A stretch of 64,000 nt of DNA from a virus (Duplodnaviria > Caudoviricetes): IMG/VR virus record IMGVR_UViG_3300026549_000056, positions 35,930-99,929 of that record. One strand, given 5' to 3'. A program made the position numbers and the translations under genes. A model generated the notes under the pieces. The model was not told the origin of the DNA, did no database searches, and saw only the letters and a list, made by a program, of their open reading frames with translations. Position 1 is the first letter of the stretch. The number at the start of each line of letters is the position of its first letter. Shown here piece by piece: positions 47,721 to 58,214 of the stretch.

Positions 47721-49682
47721 ATGATTGCAAATAAAATTGATTATGACGTAGCTATCAAACGGCTTAATGAATGGACTAAATATTACGATGAAGGCCACCC
47801 CCAGGTAAGTGATGAAGAATGGGATGATCTTTATTTTGAAGTAAAGGATTTTGAAAATAGAACTGGGATCAAATTTGAAAATTCTCCTACACAGAAAATC
47901 TCTTATACAGTTGTAAATAAACTTGAAAAAGTCACACATAATCATTCGATGCTATCCTTGGATAAAACAAAAGATGTAGAAGAACTTTATTCTAAGTTCG
48001 GAAATAAAGAATGGATAGCGATGGCAAAAATGGATGGCCTCACCATTTCTCTTTTATATGAGAATGGCTCTCTAGTAAGAGCCGAAACGAGAGGGGATGG
48101 CTCTATCGGAGAAGATGTCACTCATAATGCAAGAATCGTTTCCAGTATCCCAAAAAGAATTGGTATTAAAGATAGAAAAGTCATTGTAGATGGAGAAATG
48201 ATCTGTACCTACAAAGACTTTGAGCAGTTTAAAGACAAATATAAGAATCCTAGAAATTTTGCATCAGGTTCTATTAGACTTCTTGATAGTAAAGAGTGCA
48301 GTGAAAGGCATCTTACTTTTGTAGCATGGGATTGTATTAGCGGAGTAGAGGCAGAAACATTAAGTGAAAAACTAGACAAATTGGCAGAACTTGGGTTCTA
48401 TATTGTTCCTCATGGGACTTCTGATCCAATATCTTGTGATGGAGATTATCAATTTGCAATAGATAATGTCAAGAAGAGATCTGAATTATTAGGTTATCCC
48501 ATTGACGGAGTAGTTTTTAAAGTAAATAACTGTGCTGATTACGCGGCGGCTGGCGAAACTAGTCATCATCCTAGTGCCGCCATCGCATATAAATTTTATG
48601 AAGAAACTTATTCAACAATTTTAAGAGATATAGAATGGTCGATGGGGAGGACAGGCGTGCTCAGCCCAATTGCCATCTTCGATCCAGTCGAAATGGATGG
48701 AAGTACCTGTGCCCGCGCCTCAGTTCATAATATATCTATTCTTTATCAAACACTTGGGAAGCATCCCTATATTGGCGAACCAATTGAGACTTTTAAGGCC
48801 CTCCAAATTGTACCTCAAATATACAGCGCGGAAAAGTCAAATAATCCGCCAAAAGATAAAGAGCTAAAAATTCCTACAATATGTCCGTTTTGTGGAGAAC
48901 CGTTAGTGATAAAGAATGAAAGAGAGTCAGAATCTGAGATTCTCTATTGCCCTAATGAGAAGTGCCCTTCAAGATATGTTAATATTCTCGATCACATTTA
49001 TGGAAAGAATGGTCTTGATATTAAGGGTATTTCTAAGATGACTATACAAAAACTAATCGACTGGGGATGGCTACAACATCCAGTTGATTTACTTTATTTA
49101 AATGAACATAAAGCAGAATGGAGTAGGAAGCCAGGATTCGGAGTAAAATCTGTTGAAAGGGTTCTTGATTCAATAGAGACAAGTATTAAGAGCGTTCCAG
49201 TATGGAGATGTATCTCAGCAGCAGGAATTCCACAAGTAGGAATAACAGCATCTAAGCAGCTGGCAAAACGCTTTGTGTCATGGTGCTCTTTTAGAAAAGC
49301 AGTTACTGATAATTTTGATTTTACTCAATTGCCAGATTTTGGTGAAGTAGCTGACTATGAAATCAAACATTTTGATTTCACAGATATTGATGCAATCGCA
49401 GATAACTTGACTTTTGATTATGGTACGGCGCCCGTTGAATCTGATCGAGCTAATCTTAACAAAACTTTTGTAATTACAGGAAAGCTTAAAGGTGGAAATA
49501 GAGAATGGCTAAAAGATAAAATTGAGGCTGTTGGTGGAAAAGTAGCAAGCTCAGTTTCAACAAAAACGGATTATCTTATTAATAATGATATTAACTCTAC
49601 TTCTTCAAAAAATGTAAAAGCTAAGTCTTTAAATATTCCAATTATTACAGAAAATGAAGTATTAAAAATGCTTGGTGAATAA
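47721..49682 (+). CDS. ligA: NAD-dependent DNA ligase
   Basis: KMDG adenylation motif, TRGDG, NPRNFASGS, Zn finger, HhH motifs, C-terminal BRCT. Confidence 0.95.
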   Translation: MIANKIDYDVAIKRLNEWTKYYDEGHPQVSDEEWDDLYFEVKDFENRTGIKFENSPTQKISYTVVNKLEKVTHNHSMLSLDKTKDVEELYSKFGNKEWIAMAKMDGLTISLLYENGSLVRAETRGDGSIGEDVTHNARIVSSIPKRIGIKDRKVIVDGEMICTYKDFEQFKDKYKNPRNFASGSIRLLDSKECSERHLTFVAWDCISGVEAETLSEKLDKLAELGFYIVPHGTSDPISCDGDYQFAIDNVKKRSELLGYPIDGVVFKVNNCADYAAAGETSHHPSAAIAYKFYEETYSTILRDIEWSMGRTGVLSPIAIFDPVEMDGSTCARASVHNISILYQTLGKHPYIGEPIETFKALQIVPQIYSAEKSNNPPKDKELKIPTICPFCGEPLVIKNERESESEILYCPNEKCPSRYVNILDHIYGKNGLDIKGISKMTIQKLIDWGWLQHPVDLLYLNEHKAEWSRKPGFGVKSVERVLDSIETSIKSVPVWRCISAAGIPQVGITASKQLAKRFVSWCSFRKAVTDNFDFTQLPDFGEVADYEIKHFDFTDIDAIADNLTFDYGTAPVESDRANLNKTFVITGKLKGGNREWLKDKIEAVGGKVASSVSTKTDYLINNDINSTSSKNVKAKSLNIPIITENEVLKMLGE

Positions 49683-49684
49683 TT

Positions 49685-50251
49685 ATGATTGTAAGTTTAT
49701 ATGATTGTTTTAAGCCTTGGTCAGCTAAAGGATCAGTCTTTATTATATCTGATACTCATTTTGATGATATTGATAGATCCTTTATGGGATATAATATCTC
49801 TGAACAAGAGCAAATGAATATATTGAAAAAGTACATCCATAAAAATGATACTCTTATTCATCTTGGTGATGTAGGAAATCCAGAATATTTACGAATTTTA
49901 AGATGCTATAAAATTTTAATAAAAGGGAATCACGATCAAACTCATAAATCTATACCAGATAACCGCAATTGGTATCACTATTTTAATGAAGTTTATAATG
50001 GCCCCCTGATTATTGCCCCAAAACTTATTTTATCTCATGAGCCTGTTGATGTTCCTTGGGCAATTAATATTCATGGCCATGATCACGCGGGAGGCTCTGA
50101 TAAAACACATATTAATTTAGCCCCTCCTAAAACTGGATTCGTTCCATTTAATTTAGGAATGTCAATTAAAGATGGCCTATTATCGAACATTGAAGATATA
50201 CATCGTTTGACTATAGACAAAGCAAGAGAAAACCCAATACACCATTTTTGA
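49685..50251 (+). CDS. Metallophosphoesterase (188 aa)
   Basis: SDTHF, HLGDVG, KGNHD, SHEP and HGHDH motifs. Confidence 0.85.
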   Translation: MIVSLYDCFKPWSAKGSVFIISDTHFDDIDRSFMGYNISEQEQMNILKKYIHKNDTLIHLGDVGNPEYLRILRCYKILIKGNHDQTHKSIPDNRNWYHYFNEVYNGPLIIAPKLILSHEPVDVPWAINIHGHDHAGGSDKTHINLAPPKTGFVPFNLGMSIKDGLLSNIEDIHRLTIDKARENPIHHF

Positions 50252-50408
50252 CAATCAATAAAATTTTTAATATAATAATGATAATGAAAGTGATAATAAT
50301 TAAAAAGACACCGCAGGACAAAAGTAATTAATCCCTATGAGTCAAAAATTAAAATAAAGGTGACTTTTTAATATATAACACAAAACCTACTAAATAAGGA
50401 GAAAAATT

Positions 50409-50681
50409 ATGGCACTTAAAGAGAATTCAAAAGTTGTTTTCAATTATGTTGTGGATCACGAAGCATAGGATATTACTGCTAAGGACATTGCGGCAGCTAT
50501 TCATCGTGAGCCTCGTTCTGTTAATGGTACTCTGACCTCTCTTCAGAGAAAGGGCCTGATTGCACGAATTCCCGCAGAGGTTGAGAATGCAGATGGTACT
50601 CACACTCCGATTAAGCTTATTAAGCTTACAGATGCTGGTAAGGAGTTCGATCCAGATGCCCCTGACGAGAAGGACGCCTGA
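50409..50681 (+). CDS. Winged-helix DNA-binding protein (90 aa, 1 TAG)
   Basis: MALKENSKVVFNYVVDHEA*DITAKDIAAAIHREPRSVNGTLTSLQRKGLIAR..IKLTDAG; AAGGAG RBS; followed by a terminator. Confidence 0.8.
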
Positions 50682-50703
50682 GATATAAGACAACATAAAA
50701 TTA

Positions 50704-50735
50704 AAGGGGTTAAGGTAACTTAACCCCTTCTTTTT
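50704..50735 (+). terminator. Intrinsic terminator
   Basis: aaggggttaag-gtaa-cttaacccctt plus a T-tract. Confidence 0.75.
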
Positions 50736-50740
50736 ATATT

Positions 50741-51676
50741 ATGACAATTACAATTGCATCAATTATCTTCTGTCTTAGTCTTTATTTATTCTGGAAAAGT
50801 AGAGTTAATGAATCTTCTTCAAAGTTAGCTTTACAAAAAGCTAATGCCATAAAGATCGAAAAAACTAAGTAGCAATAGAGAATTAATTCTTAGATTTCCG
50901 AATTACTTAATAAATAGACTAAGGTAATTAGAGAAATAGAAAATAAAAAACAACAACTTAATGAAGTTTACATTAAAGAAAAAAATCGTTTGCAATTTTA
51001 GTTATAGGAATATAAAGCAACAGTAGCATAGTCTAAACGCCAAGCTGAATTAAGTTTATAGCAATATAAAACTCAGCTGAAGGCACAGGAATAGGCTGCG
51101 GCCGCACCTATAAAAGCATAGATCTAGACTCTTATGAATGAACTGACTAAGCTTAAAGAGACACGAGCTGCCGCGCGTGAAGCTTTATTAAAAGAACAAT
51201 AGGTCAAAGACAATAAACAACAATATTGTTTAATTCCGTCTCAATCAGATTTGGATGATATTGCTAAATTATAGAGAGTCAAACGAGAGCTTCACAAGCC
51301 TAGAGTGCTTAGCATGCTTATATGGCAAACCTATTGGCAACCACTTGCCAAAAAACAATTTCCATTAATTTTAAAATCAACAGAAATAAAAACTGGTATT
51401 TATAAAATTACTAATCTCTTAACTGGAGATTGCTATATTGGTCAGGCTATTGATATTAATAAAAGATGGAAAGAGCATTGCAAATGCGGTTTAGGAATAG
51501 ATACGCCGCTTGGAAATAAGCTCTATAAAGCAATGATGGATTATGGTTTATAGAATTTTGCTTTTGAGATATTGGAAGAATGTCCTAAATAGCAATTAAA
51601 CGAAAAAGAAAAATTCTTTATTGAACTTTATCAAGCTAAAGATTTTGGATATAACGCAACGGGTGGAAATAAATGA
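50741..51676 (+). CDS. TM / coiled-coil / GIY-YIG nuclease protein (311 aa, 15 TAG)
   Basis: N-terminal hydrophobic helix, long coiled coil, then GIYKITNLLTGDCYIGQA..RWKEH..YGL*NFAFEILEECPK*QLNEKEKFFI..GYN. Confidence 0.8.
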
Positions 51677-52320
51677 AGTTTTTACATTCAGAAACATATG
51701 GCTGGAAATCAGCTTTTCATGGACTAAGAAATCCTCTTGAATCATGGGCAAAGTCCGATAGCATCGTAGATACGCGTACTGGAGATTTTATTCTTGGATA
51801 GAAAGATCTTGATCTTGCACACCGTATGATTAAAGCTGGAACTAGTGATAGCAAATTTCTTCGTCAAATTTTTGTATCAGTTGATATTACGGCTCCTATG
51901 TACTGGTGGAGTTAGTTCGATACTTATAAAATTGGAACAACAGCGAATTCAACGAGCAAGATGCACAAACTTGCTTCTACACCAATTACAAAATAGTGCT
52001 TCGAATCAGATGATTACCAAATAACTCCAGTCTTTGATAAAGATTTTTATACTTCTGACGATGCCTGGAAAGAGATTATTACTATCTGCGAAACTCTTCG
52101 TAAAAAGTATAATGAAACAAAAGACAAACGCTACTGGAAAGAGCTTATTCGTATCCTACCGGAGTCTTGGCTACAAACTCGAACAGTAACTATGAATTAT
52201 GCTGTGCTTAGAAATATGTATGCTCAAAGACAGAATCATAGACTTACTGAATGGCATCAATTTTGCGATTGGATAAAGCGTCTACCCTACGCAGAATAGC
52301 TTATTACTTATAATATTTGA
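51673..52320 (+). CDS. thyX: ThyX-like flavin-dependent thymidylate synthase (215 aa, 4 TAG)
   Basis: Absent from the ORF track. RNPLESW..KFLRQI.VSVDITAPMYWWS*FDTYK..NSTSKMH..LPESWLQTRTVTMNY..QRQNHRLTEW. Confidence 0.75.
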
Positions 52321-52383
52321 TCTTTTTTAAAAAATAAGATATAATTATCTTATAAATAATAAAGGAGAAAATATTAAAGAATT

Positions 52384-52707
52384 ATGACAAAAGAAGAGTT
52401 TATTGAAAAAGCTATAAATATTACCTCTAAAGAAGATTTTGGTAAGCTTTATGATGAAATTGTCAAGCCTATTAAAAACACAGAAATGACAAAGAGTGGG
52501 GCGGCCGCTCTAAAATTTCTTCAAACTAAGCCTGGAGAACTTTATTCAGCAAAAATGATTGGAGAGTCCCTTGGAGTTGGCTCAAGATCTGTTTCTGGTT
52601 CTATGCGGAAACTGGTAACGGATGGATATGTTGAAAAATCTGGCTCTAATCCTACTGTTTATAAAATCACTAATAAAGGTATTAATTATACTTTTGACAA
52701 TAATTAA
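52384..52707 (+). CDS. Winged-helix DNA-binding protein (107 aa)
   Basis: SAKMIGESLGVGSRSVSGSMRKLVTDGYVEK..YKIT. Confidence 0.75.
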   Translation: MTKEEFIEKAINITSKEDFGKLYDEIVKPIKNTEMTKSGAAALKFLQTKPGELYSAKMIGESLGVGSRSVSGSMRKLVTDGYVEKSGSNPTVYKITNKGINYTFDNN

Positions 52708-52722
52708 AAATTCTGATATAAT
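52694..52722 (+). promoter_or_regulatory. Consensus sigma-A promoter
   Basis: TTGACA-17 nt-TATAAT. Similar promoters occur at 50248-50276, 54812-54840, 58152-58180 and 63087-63115. Confidence 0.8.
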
Positions 52723-52754
52723 ATTTATATCAAAAGAAAATAAGGAGAAGTCTA

Positions 52755-53684
52755 ATGAGACAGAATGTAAATCAGGAACAGATTGAAGGTAGAATTTATC
52801 AGCATGATCTGAAGGAGAAGGTGACAGGAGATAGATCTAAGCATCCTGGAACTAAGTTTATTTCTGGAACAATGGATATTGCTACAACTGAAGACGATAT
52901 GAATGTTCTTACAGTGCATTATACTTATGTGACAGAAATGACCTCTAAGGGTAAGCCTAATCAGACTTATGCAAATTTAAAGAGAATTATTGATGAAGGT
53001 AAGACAATTGTTGCAGATGGGCATGATGCTGCTTGGAAGGTTCGCACAACCCCATCTTTGGCTCTGAATGATTTTTATCCACAGGGGCAGGATCAGCTTG
53101 TGTCTCAGATGAGAAATGAAGGCGGTTTTGTTTCTATCGTAAATGATCTTAATCCAGAGGGCGTAGACAGAAATAAGTTTACGGTTGATGCTCTTATTAC
53201 ACAGGTTAATAGGGTTGAAGATGATGACGGTGATTGTGCTCAGATCCGTTGTGCAGTATTCAATTTTAGAAATGATATCCTTCCCGTAACTCTTATCATG
53301 AGAAATGAAGATGGAATTCGTTATTTTGAAGAGCTTGGTGTTTCTCAGTCAGAGCCGATTTATACAAAGGTCTGGGGCAAGATTGTTAATAGAACTCAGT
53401 TGATTCAGAATGAAACAGAGTCTGCATTTGGCGAAGCCGCAGTTGATACCCGTCAGAGAAGAATCCGTGAATGGGTTATTACAGGCGCGCAGAGAGAGCC
53501 TTATTCTTTTGGTGATGACGGATTAATGACAGTTGAAGACATCCAGAAGGCTCTTCAGAACAGAGAAACAATGCTCGCAGAGGTAAAGCAAAGAAGCGAT
53601 GAGTATTACGCAACTCGTAATAGCTCTCCCGCACCAGAGACAGCTCCTGCCGCACAGATTCCACAGGGAAAGTTTAACTTTTAA
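52755..53684 (+). CDS. Putative single-stranded DNA-binding protein (309 aa)
   Basis: Beta-rich composition, flexible tail ending in Phe, adjacent to the AAA ATPase and helicase; function is inferred. Confidence 0.55.
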   Translation: MRQNVNQEQIEGRIYQHDLKEKVTGDRSKHPGTKFISGTMDIATTEDDMNVLTVHYTYVTEMTSKGKPNQTYANLKRIIDEGKTIVADGHDAAWKVRTTPSLALNDFYPQGQDQLVSQMRNEGGFVSIVNDLNPEGVDRNKFTVDALITQVNRVEDDDGDCAQIRCAVFNFRNDILPVTLIMRNEDGIRYFEELGVSQSEPIYTKVWGKIVNRTQLIQNETESAFGEAAVDTRQRRIREWVITGAQREPYSFGDDGLMTVEDIQKALQNRETMLAEVKQRSDEYYATRNSSPAPETAPAAQIPQGKFNF

Positions 53685-53766
53685 TCATAAGGGGGTGAGG
53701 TAATACTCGCTCCCTATTCTTATCAAACTATGAGTATGGATTAAGAAAATAGGAGAAGAATAAATA

Positions 53767-54765
53767 ATGGGAATTAATATATTAAGTCTAGAACCTCATA
53801 AGGTCAGTCGTGATCTTTCTGGTTACATTACATATCTATATGGTTCAGCTAAAATTGGTAAAACTACTTTTGGATCAAAAATGCCAGGTGCACTGATTCT
53901 GGCATTTGAGAGAGGATATAACGCATTACCTGGCGTCTATGCACAGGATATTACTAGCTGGGCTGAAATGAGAATGGTACTCCGCGAGTTAAAGAAGCCA
54001 GAGGTTAAAGAAAAGTTCCATTCTGTTATTATTGATACTATTGATATTGCTGCAGCTGCCTGTGAAAAATATATTATTGCACAAGCCGGAGTTGATACCC
54101 TCAATCAGATCCCCTATGGACAGGGATGGACAAGAGTAAAGAGAGAGCTTGAAGATACTTTTCGTTCTATTACACAGATGGGATATGCGGTCCTCTTTAT
54201 TTCTCATGATAAAGATAAGACTTTTACCAGACAAGATGGCACTCAGTATAATCAAGTAGTACCGACTCTTAGTAATTCGTACAACGAAATTATTAAAGAT
54301 ATGGTTGATATTTATGCCTATGCTCATATTGTAATTCGCAATGATCAGCCAAAGAGAGTTTTAACTCTTCGTTCTCTTGATAATACTATTGACTGCGGCG
54401 GCCGCTTCAAGTATATGGCGCCAGAGGTTGATTTCTCATACGAAGCCCTTGTTAAAGCTCTGAATGATGCTATTGACGAAGAGTCTAAGCATACAAATGG
54501 CGAGTTTGTAACAGACAAGAGAGATGATCATGTGAATGAAGAGTTAGATTTTGATAGCCTAATGGATGAATTTAATTCTATCGTAAATAGCCTTGCTGAA
54601 AAAGATCCTGCTAAGATGGAAAATTTTTATGCTCCTAGAATTACAGAGATTGTCGAAAAATATCTCGGTAAGGGCAAAAAAATCAATAATGCAACCAGAA
54701 CACAGGCTGAGCAGATTTCACTTATTGTTTTTGATTTAAAAGAACTCATTGCTGCTAACGAGTAA
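53767..54765 (+). CDS. AAA_24 / Sak4-like ATPase (332 aa)
   Basis: YGSAKIGKTT, VIIDTID and LFISH motifs. Confidence 0.75.
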   Translation: MGINILSLEPHKVSRDLSGYITYLYGSAKIGKTTFGSKMPGALILAFERGYNALPGVYAQDITSWAEMRMVLRELKKPEVKEKFHSVIIDTIDIAAAACEKYIIAQAGVDTLNQIPYGQGWTRVKRELEDTFRSITQMGYAVLFISHDKDKTFTRQDGTQYNQVVPTLSNSYNEIIKDMVDIYAYAHIVIRNDQPKRVLTLRSLDNTIDCGGRFKYMAPEVDFSYEALVKALNDAIDEESKHTNGEFVTDKRDDHVNEELDFDSLMDEFNSIVNSLAEKDPAKMENFYAPRITEIVEKYLGKGKKINNATRTQAEQISLIVFDLKELIAANE

Positions 54766-54867
54766 TTTATTTACCATATTCTTATTTATTGTCAAGGGAT
54801 ACTTTTATCCCTTGACTTTTTTGTATTTTTATGATATAATAAAACCAAAAGAAGAGGTGATAAAGAA

Positions 54868-55389
54868 ATGACAAAAGCCTGGGTCAAATGTTTATATTGT
54901 GGAGAACAATTTGATCGAAATAATCCAAAAGAAGAATTCGTAAAAATAGGCCGTCGGTATGCCCATAAACACTGTGCTGAAGAGCATGATAAAAGCTTAT
55001 CACAAGAAGAAAAAGATTTAAGAGATTTAATTACATATATAAAAGAACTTCTTGGTGATGATTATAATTTTATGAAAGTTAAGAAACAAATTGAGGAATA
55101 CCATAAAAACTATAATTTCACTTACAGTGGCATGTTGCACTCTTTAAAATGGTTTTATGAAGTTAGAGGGCAATCAACAGACAAAGCAAATGGCGGAATA
55201 GGTATTATTCCTTTCATTTATAAGGATGCTTATAACTATTATTATAATATTTTTTTAGCACAACAAAAAAACAAAGGGGTAGAAGATTTTAAAGTAATTA
55301 CTCAAGAAGTTACGATCCCTTCTCCCAGAATGTATGTGCGGCCGCCGCGTTTATTAGAATTTGAAAAAGATGAAGATGAGGAAGAGTAA
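54868..55389 (+). CDS. Zn-binding replication-associated hypothetical protein (173 aa)
   Basis: CLYC..HKHC and GIGIIPFIY; coupled to the helicase gene. Confidence 0.65.
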   Translation: MTKAWVKCLYCGEQFDRNNPKEEFVKIGRRYAHKHCAEEHDKSLSQEEKDLRDLITYIKELLGDDYNFMKVKKQIEEYHKNYNFTYSGMLHSLKWFYEVRGQSTDKANGGIGIIPFIYKDAYNYYYNIFLAQQKNKGVEDFKVITQEVTIPSPRMYVRPPRLLEFEKDEDEEE

Positions 55390-56921
55390 TGGGGAAATAT
55401 GTTGATATTCCGGCTTGTATGCAGGTAATAGGTGATGTATATCAAAATCCTGCCTTACTTGATAACGAAGGGTATACTTTCAATCTTGAGGATTTTACAG
55501 AAGATATTCATAAAGTAATTTTTAGTTCTATATATAATCTACATCAACTCGGCGCAAAAGAAATTAATCCTTCTACTATTGAAGATTATCTTGGCCAACG
55601 AACTAAGATGTTGGGTATCTATCGAGCCAATAATGGAGCCGAATACCTTCAAAAATTAAGCTCAACGACACAATTAGCTGCTTTTGATTATTACTATAAA
55701 CGTATGAAGAAAATGACTCTTCTTCGTATGTATCAAGAGCAAGCAGGAATGAATCTTTCTTGGTTATATGATACTGATAATATTTTTGATCAAAAAAAGA
55801 AACAAGCCCAAGAAGATTGGCTAGATAATACCCCAATAGAACAAATTGCTGAACAAATCGACTCTAGAATTGAGCGTATTAAAGCAAAATATGTTGATAA
55901 CGCAGATGATAGTTTTGTTCAAGCCGGAGACGGAGCGGATGATCTAATTGATAGATTAATGAAATACCCTGAGATTGGCTATCCACTCTATGGAGATTTA
56001 TCTAATTCAATTACTCGCGGCGCCCGCCTAGGAAAGCTTTACTTAAGATCTGCTGCCACTGGAGTTGGTAAAACAAGAGCTATGATTGCAGATGCTTGCA
56101 CTGTTGGATGTGGAGAATTATTTATTAATGGTAAATGGGTTTCAAATGGAACTAAGGAGCCTGTAATTTATATTACAACAGAGCAGCAGATAGACGAAAT
56201 TCAAACTATGATGTTTGCTTTTATTGCTGATGTTAATGAGGATCATATCATCTATAATCAGTATGTCAATGGTGAACTTGATAGGGTTAGACATGCGGCC
56301 GCTGTCTTGGAGGATTCACAAATTCAGATTAAGCGTCTTCCAGATTTTAGTCTACAAGATATTGAAAATACTATTAAATTTGGCGTAAGAGAATATAAAG
56401 CTAGATATTTCTTTCACGACTATATTCATAGCAGTATGAAAATCTTGGGAGAGGTTAGTGGAAAAGCTAACGTTAAAGGACTTCGAGAAGATAATGTTCT
56501 TTTTATGATAGCTGTTAGACTAAAGGATTTAGCTGTTGAAAATGGAGTCTTTATTGAAACTTCAACGCAGTTAAATTCAGAATATAGAACGGCACAAGTT
56601 TATGATCAAAATCTATTAAGAGGAGCAAAAAGTATTGCTGATAAGGTTGATCTAGGCGAAATTATGCTAGATGTTTCTCAAGAAGACAAAGAAGCATTAA
56701 AAGATCTTGTTAATCAAAATGGTTTCCCAATGCCAGATACAAAAATCTCTGTTTATAAAAATAGACGAGGTAGATATAAGGATATCTTGATGTGGTGCAC
56801 TTCAAATAAAGGTACTTGTAAGATTACTCCTAGATTTGTTACTGACTATCAATACCAGTTGATTGATATCCCAGCTTTAAAAATCAATGTAATACCTAAT
56901 AAAGAAGAGAGTGCTTTTTAA
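55389..56921 (+). CDS. dnaB: DnaB-like replicative helicase (510 aa)
   Basis: SAATGVGKT, ITTEQ, HDYI, TQLN, LRGAKSIADKVD and KNRRG motifs. Confidence 0.85.
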   Translation: MGKYVDIPACMQVIGDVYQNPALLDNEGYTFNLEDFTEDIHKVIFSSIYNLHQLGAKEINPSTIEDYLGQRTKMLGIYRANNGAEYLQKLSSTTQLAAFDYYYKRMKKMTLLRMYQEQAGMNLSWLYDTDNIFDQKKKQAQEDWLDNTPIEQIAEQIDSRIERIKAKYVDNADDSFVQAGDGADDLIDRLMKYPEIGYPLYGDLSNSITRGARLGKLYLRSAATGVGKTRAMIADACTVGCGELFINGKWVSNGTKEPVIYITTEQQIDEIQTMMFAFIADVNEDHIIYNQYVNGELDRVRHAAAVLEDSQIQIKRLPDFSLQDIENTIKFGVREYKARYFFHDYIHSSMKILGEVSGKANVKGLREDNVLFMIAVRLKDLAVENGVFIETSTQLNSEYRTAQVYDQNLLRGAKSIADKVDLGEIMLDVSQEDKEALKDLVNQNGFPMPDTKISVYKNRRGRYKDILMWCTSNKGTCKITPRFVTDYQYQLIDIPALKINVIPNKEESAF

Positions 56922-58000
56922 TGCTAGATAAAGATGAAATCAAAAATAGCTTAAGTCTTGAACAAATAGAAAATCTTGTAGCTAATCTTGGCGGTGAACC
57001 CCACCGTCAAGACAATACATTAATTTGTCGAACAATCTGTCATGGCGGCAATTCACATAAGCTTTATTACTATGATAATACAAAACTGTTTAGGTGTTAC
57101 ACCGAATGTAATAGCACTTTTGATATTTTTGAATTATTAATTAAAATTCATAAGTTAGAGCATCAAGAATGGACACTCTACACAGCAATTCTTTTTATAA
57201 TAAATTACTTCTCTCTTGATTTTGAGAGTTATTTTTCAGAAGAACAACAGAAGTCTCCGGATTGGCAAATTTTTGATAAATATGAAAAAGCTAATCAAGT
57301 TTATGAAGAGCAAAAACGTGTTGAATTTAAGACTTTTGATGATAAAATTTTAAGACATTTGCCACGTCCTCGATACTTAAATTGGGAAAGAGATGGTATT
57401 ACTAAAGAAGTCTGTGATGCTAGAGGAATTTGCTATGATCCAGCTAATCAGGGTATTGTAATTCCTCATTATGATATTAATGGGAACTTAATTGGTATTA
57501 GAGAAAGAACCTTAATAAAAGAAGAAGAGCAATACGGCAAATATAGGCCAGCTTTTATTGATGGCAAGTTATGGAATCACCCACTCGGCTTTAATCTTTA
57601 TAATTTAAACTGGTCTAAAAATAATATTAAAACTATCGGCACTGCGATCGTTTTTGAGGGTGAAAAAAGCTGTTTACAATTTAGTAGCTATTTTGGGCTA
57701 AACAATGATATTACATGTGCTGTCTGCGGAAACAATTTCTCCAGGCAGCAGTTTAATCTTCTTTACTCGCTAGGCGTAAAAGAGATTATTATTGGATATG
57801 ATAAACAATATCATGAAGATTTTGGTCAAGATTGGGCAGATTGGACTAAAAAATTTATTGATATTTACAATAAATATGGAAAATATGTGCAAATATCTTT
57901 TATAGTCGATAGAAATAATTTATTAGATTATAAAGATTCTCCAACAGATAAAGGCAAAGAAACATTTTTACAACTATATAGTAATAGAGAAACTATATAA
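56921..58000 (+). CDS. dnaG: DNA primase (359 aa)
   Basis: N-terminal Zn finger (CH..CYTEC); TOPRIM VFEGEKS..GYDKQ..D.KDSP.D. Confidence 0.85.
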   Translation: MLDKDEIKNSLSLEQIENLVANLGGEPHRQDNTLICRTICHGGNSHKLYYYDNTKLFRCYTECNSTFDIFELLIKIHKLEHQEWTLYTAILFIINYFSLDFESYFSEEQQKSPDWQIFDKYEKANQVYEEQKRVEFKTFDDKILRHLPRPRYLNWERDGITKEVCDARGICYDPANQGIVIPHYDINGNLIGIRERTLIKEEEQYGKYRPAFIDGKLWNHPLGFNLYNLNWSKNNIKTIGTAIVFEGEKSCLQFSSYFGLNNDITCAVCGNNFSRQQFNLLYSLGVKEIIIGYDKQYHEDFGQDWADWTKKFIDIYNKYGKYVQISFIVDRNNLLDYKDSPTDKGKETFLQLYSNRETI

Positions 58001-58214
58001 CACTGGGGGGATTCCGTTTAAGCTGTCGCCGCGGAGGAGAGCTAATCATTGATAAAAAGTCTAAATATTCCACAGCTGATTCTATCATAGTCTCGGTAAA
58101 AGAACAAGCAATTATAGAACTCACTACTTAATAATTCTTAGGGAATGTCATTTGACATTCCCCATTTTTTTTTATATAATATAAGAAATAATAATAAAGG
58201 AGAATTTTTAATAA

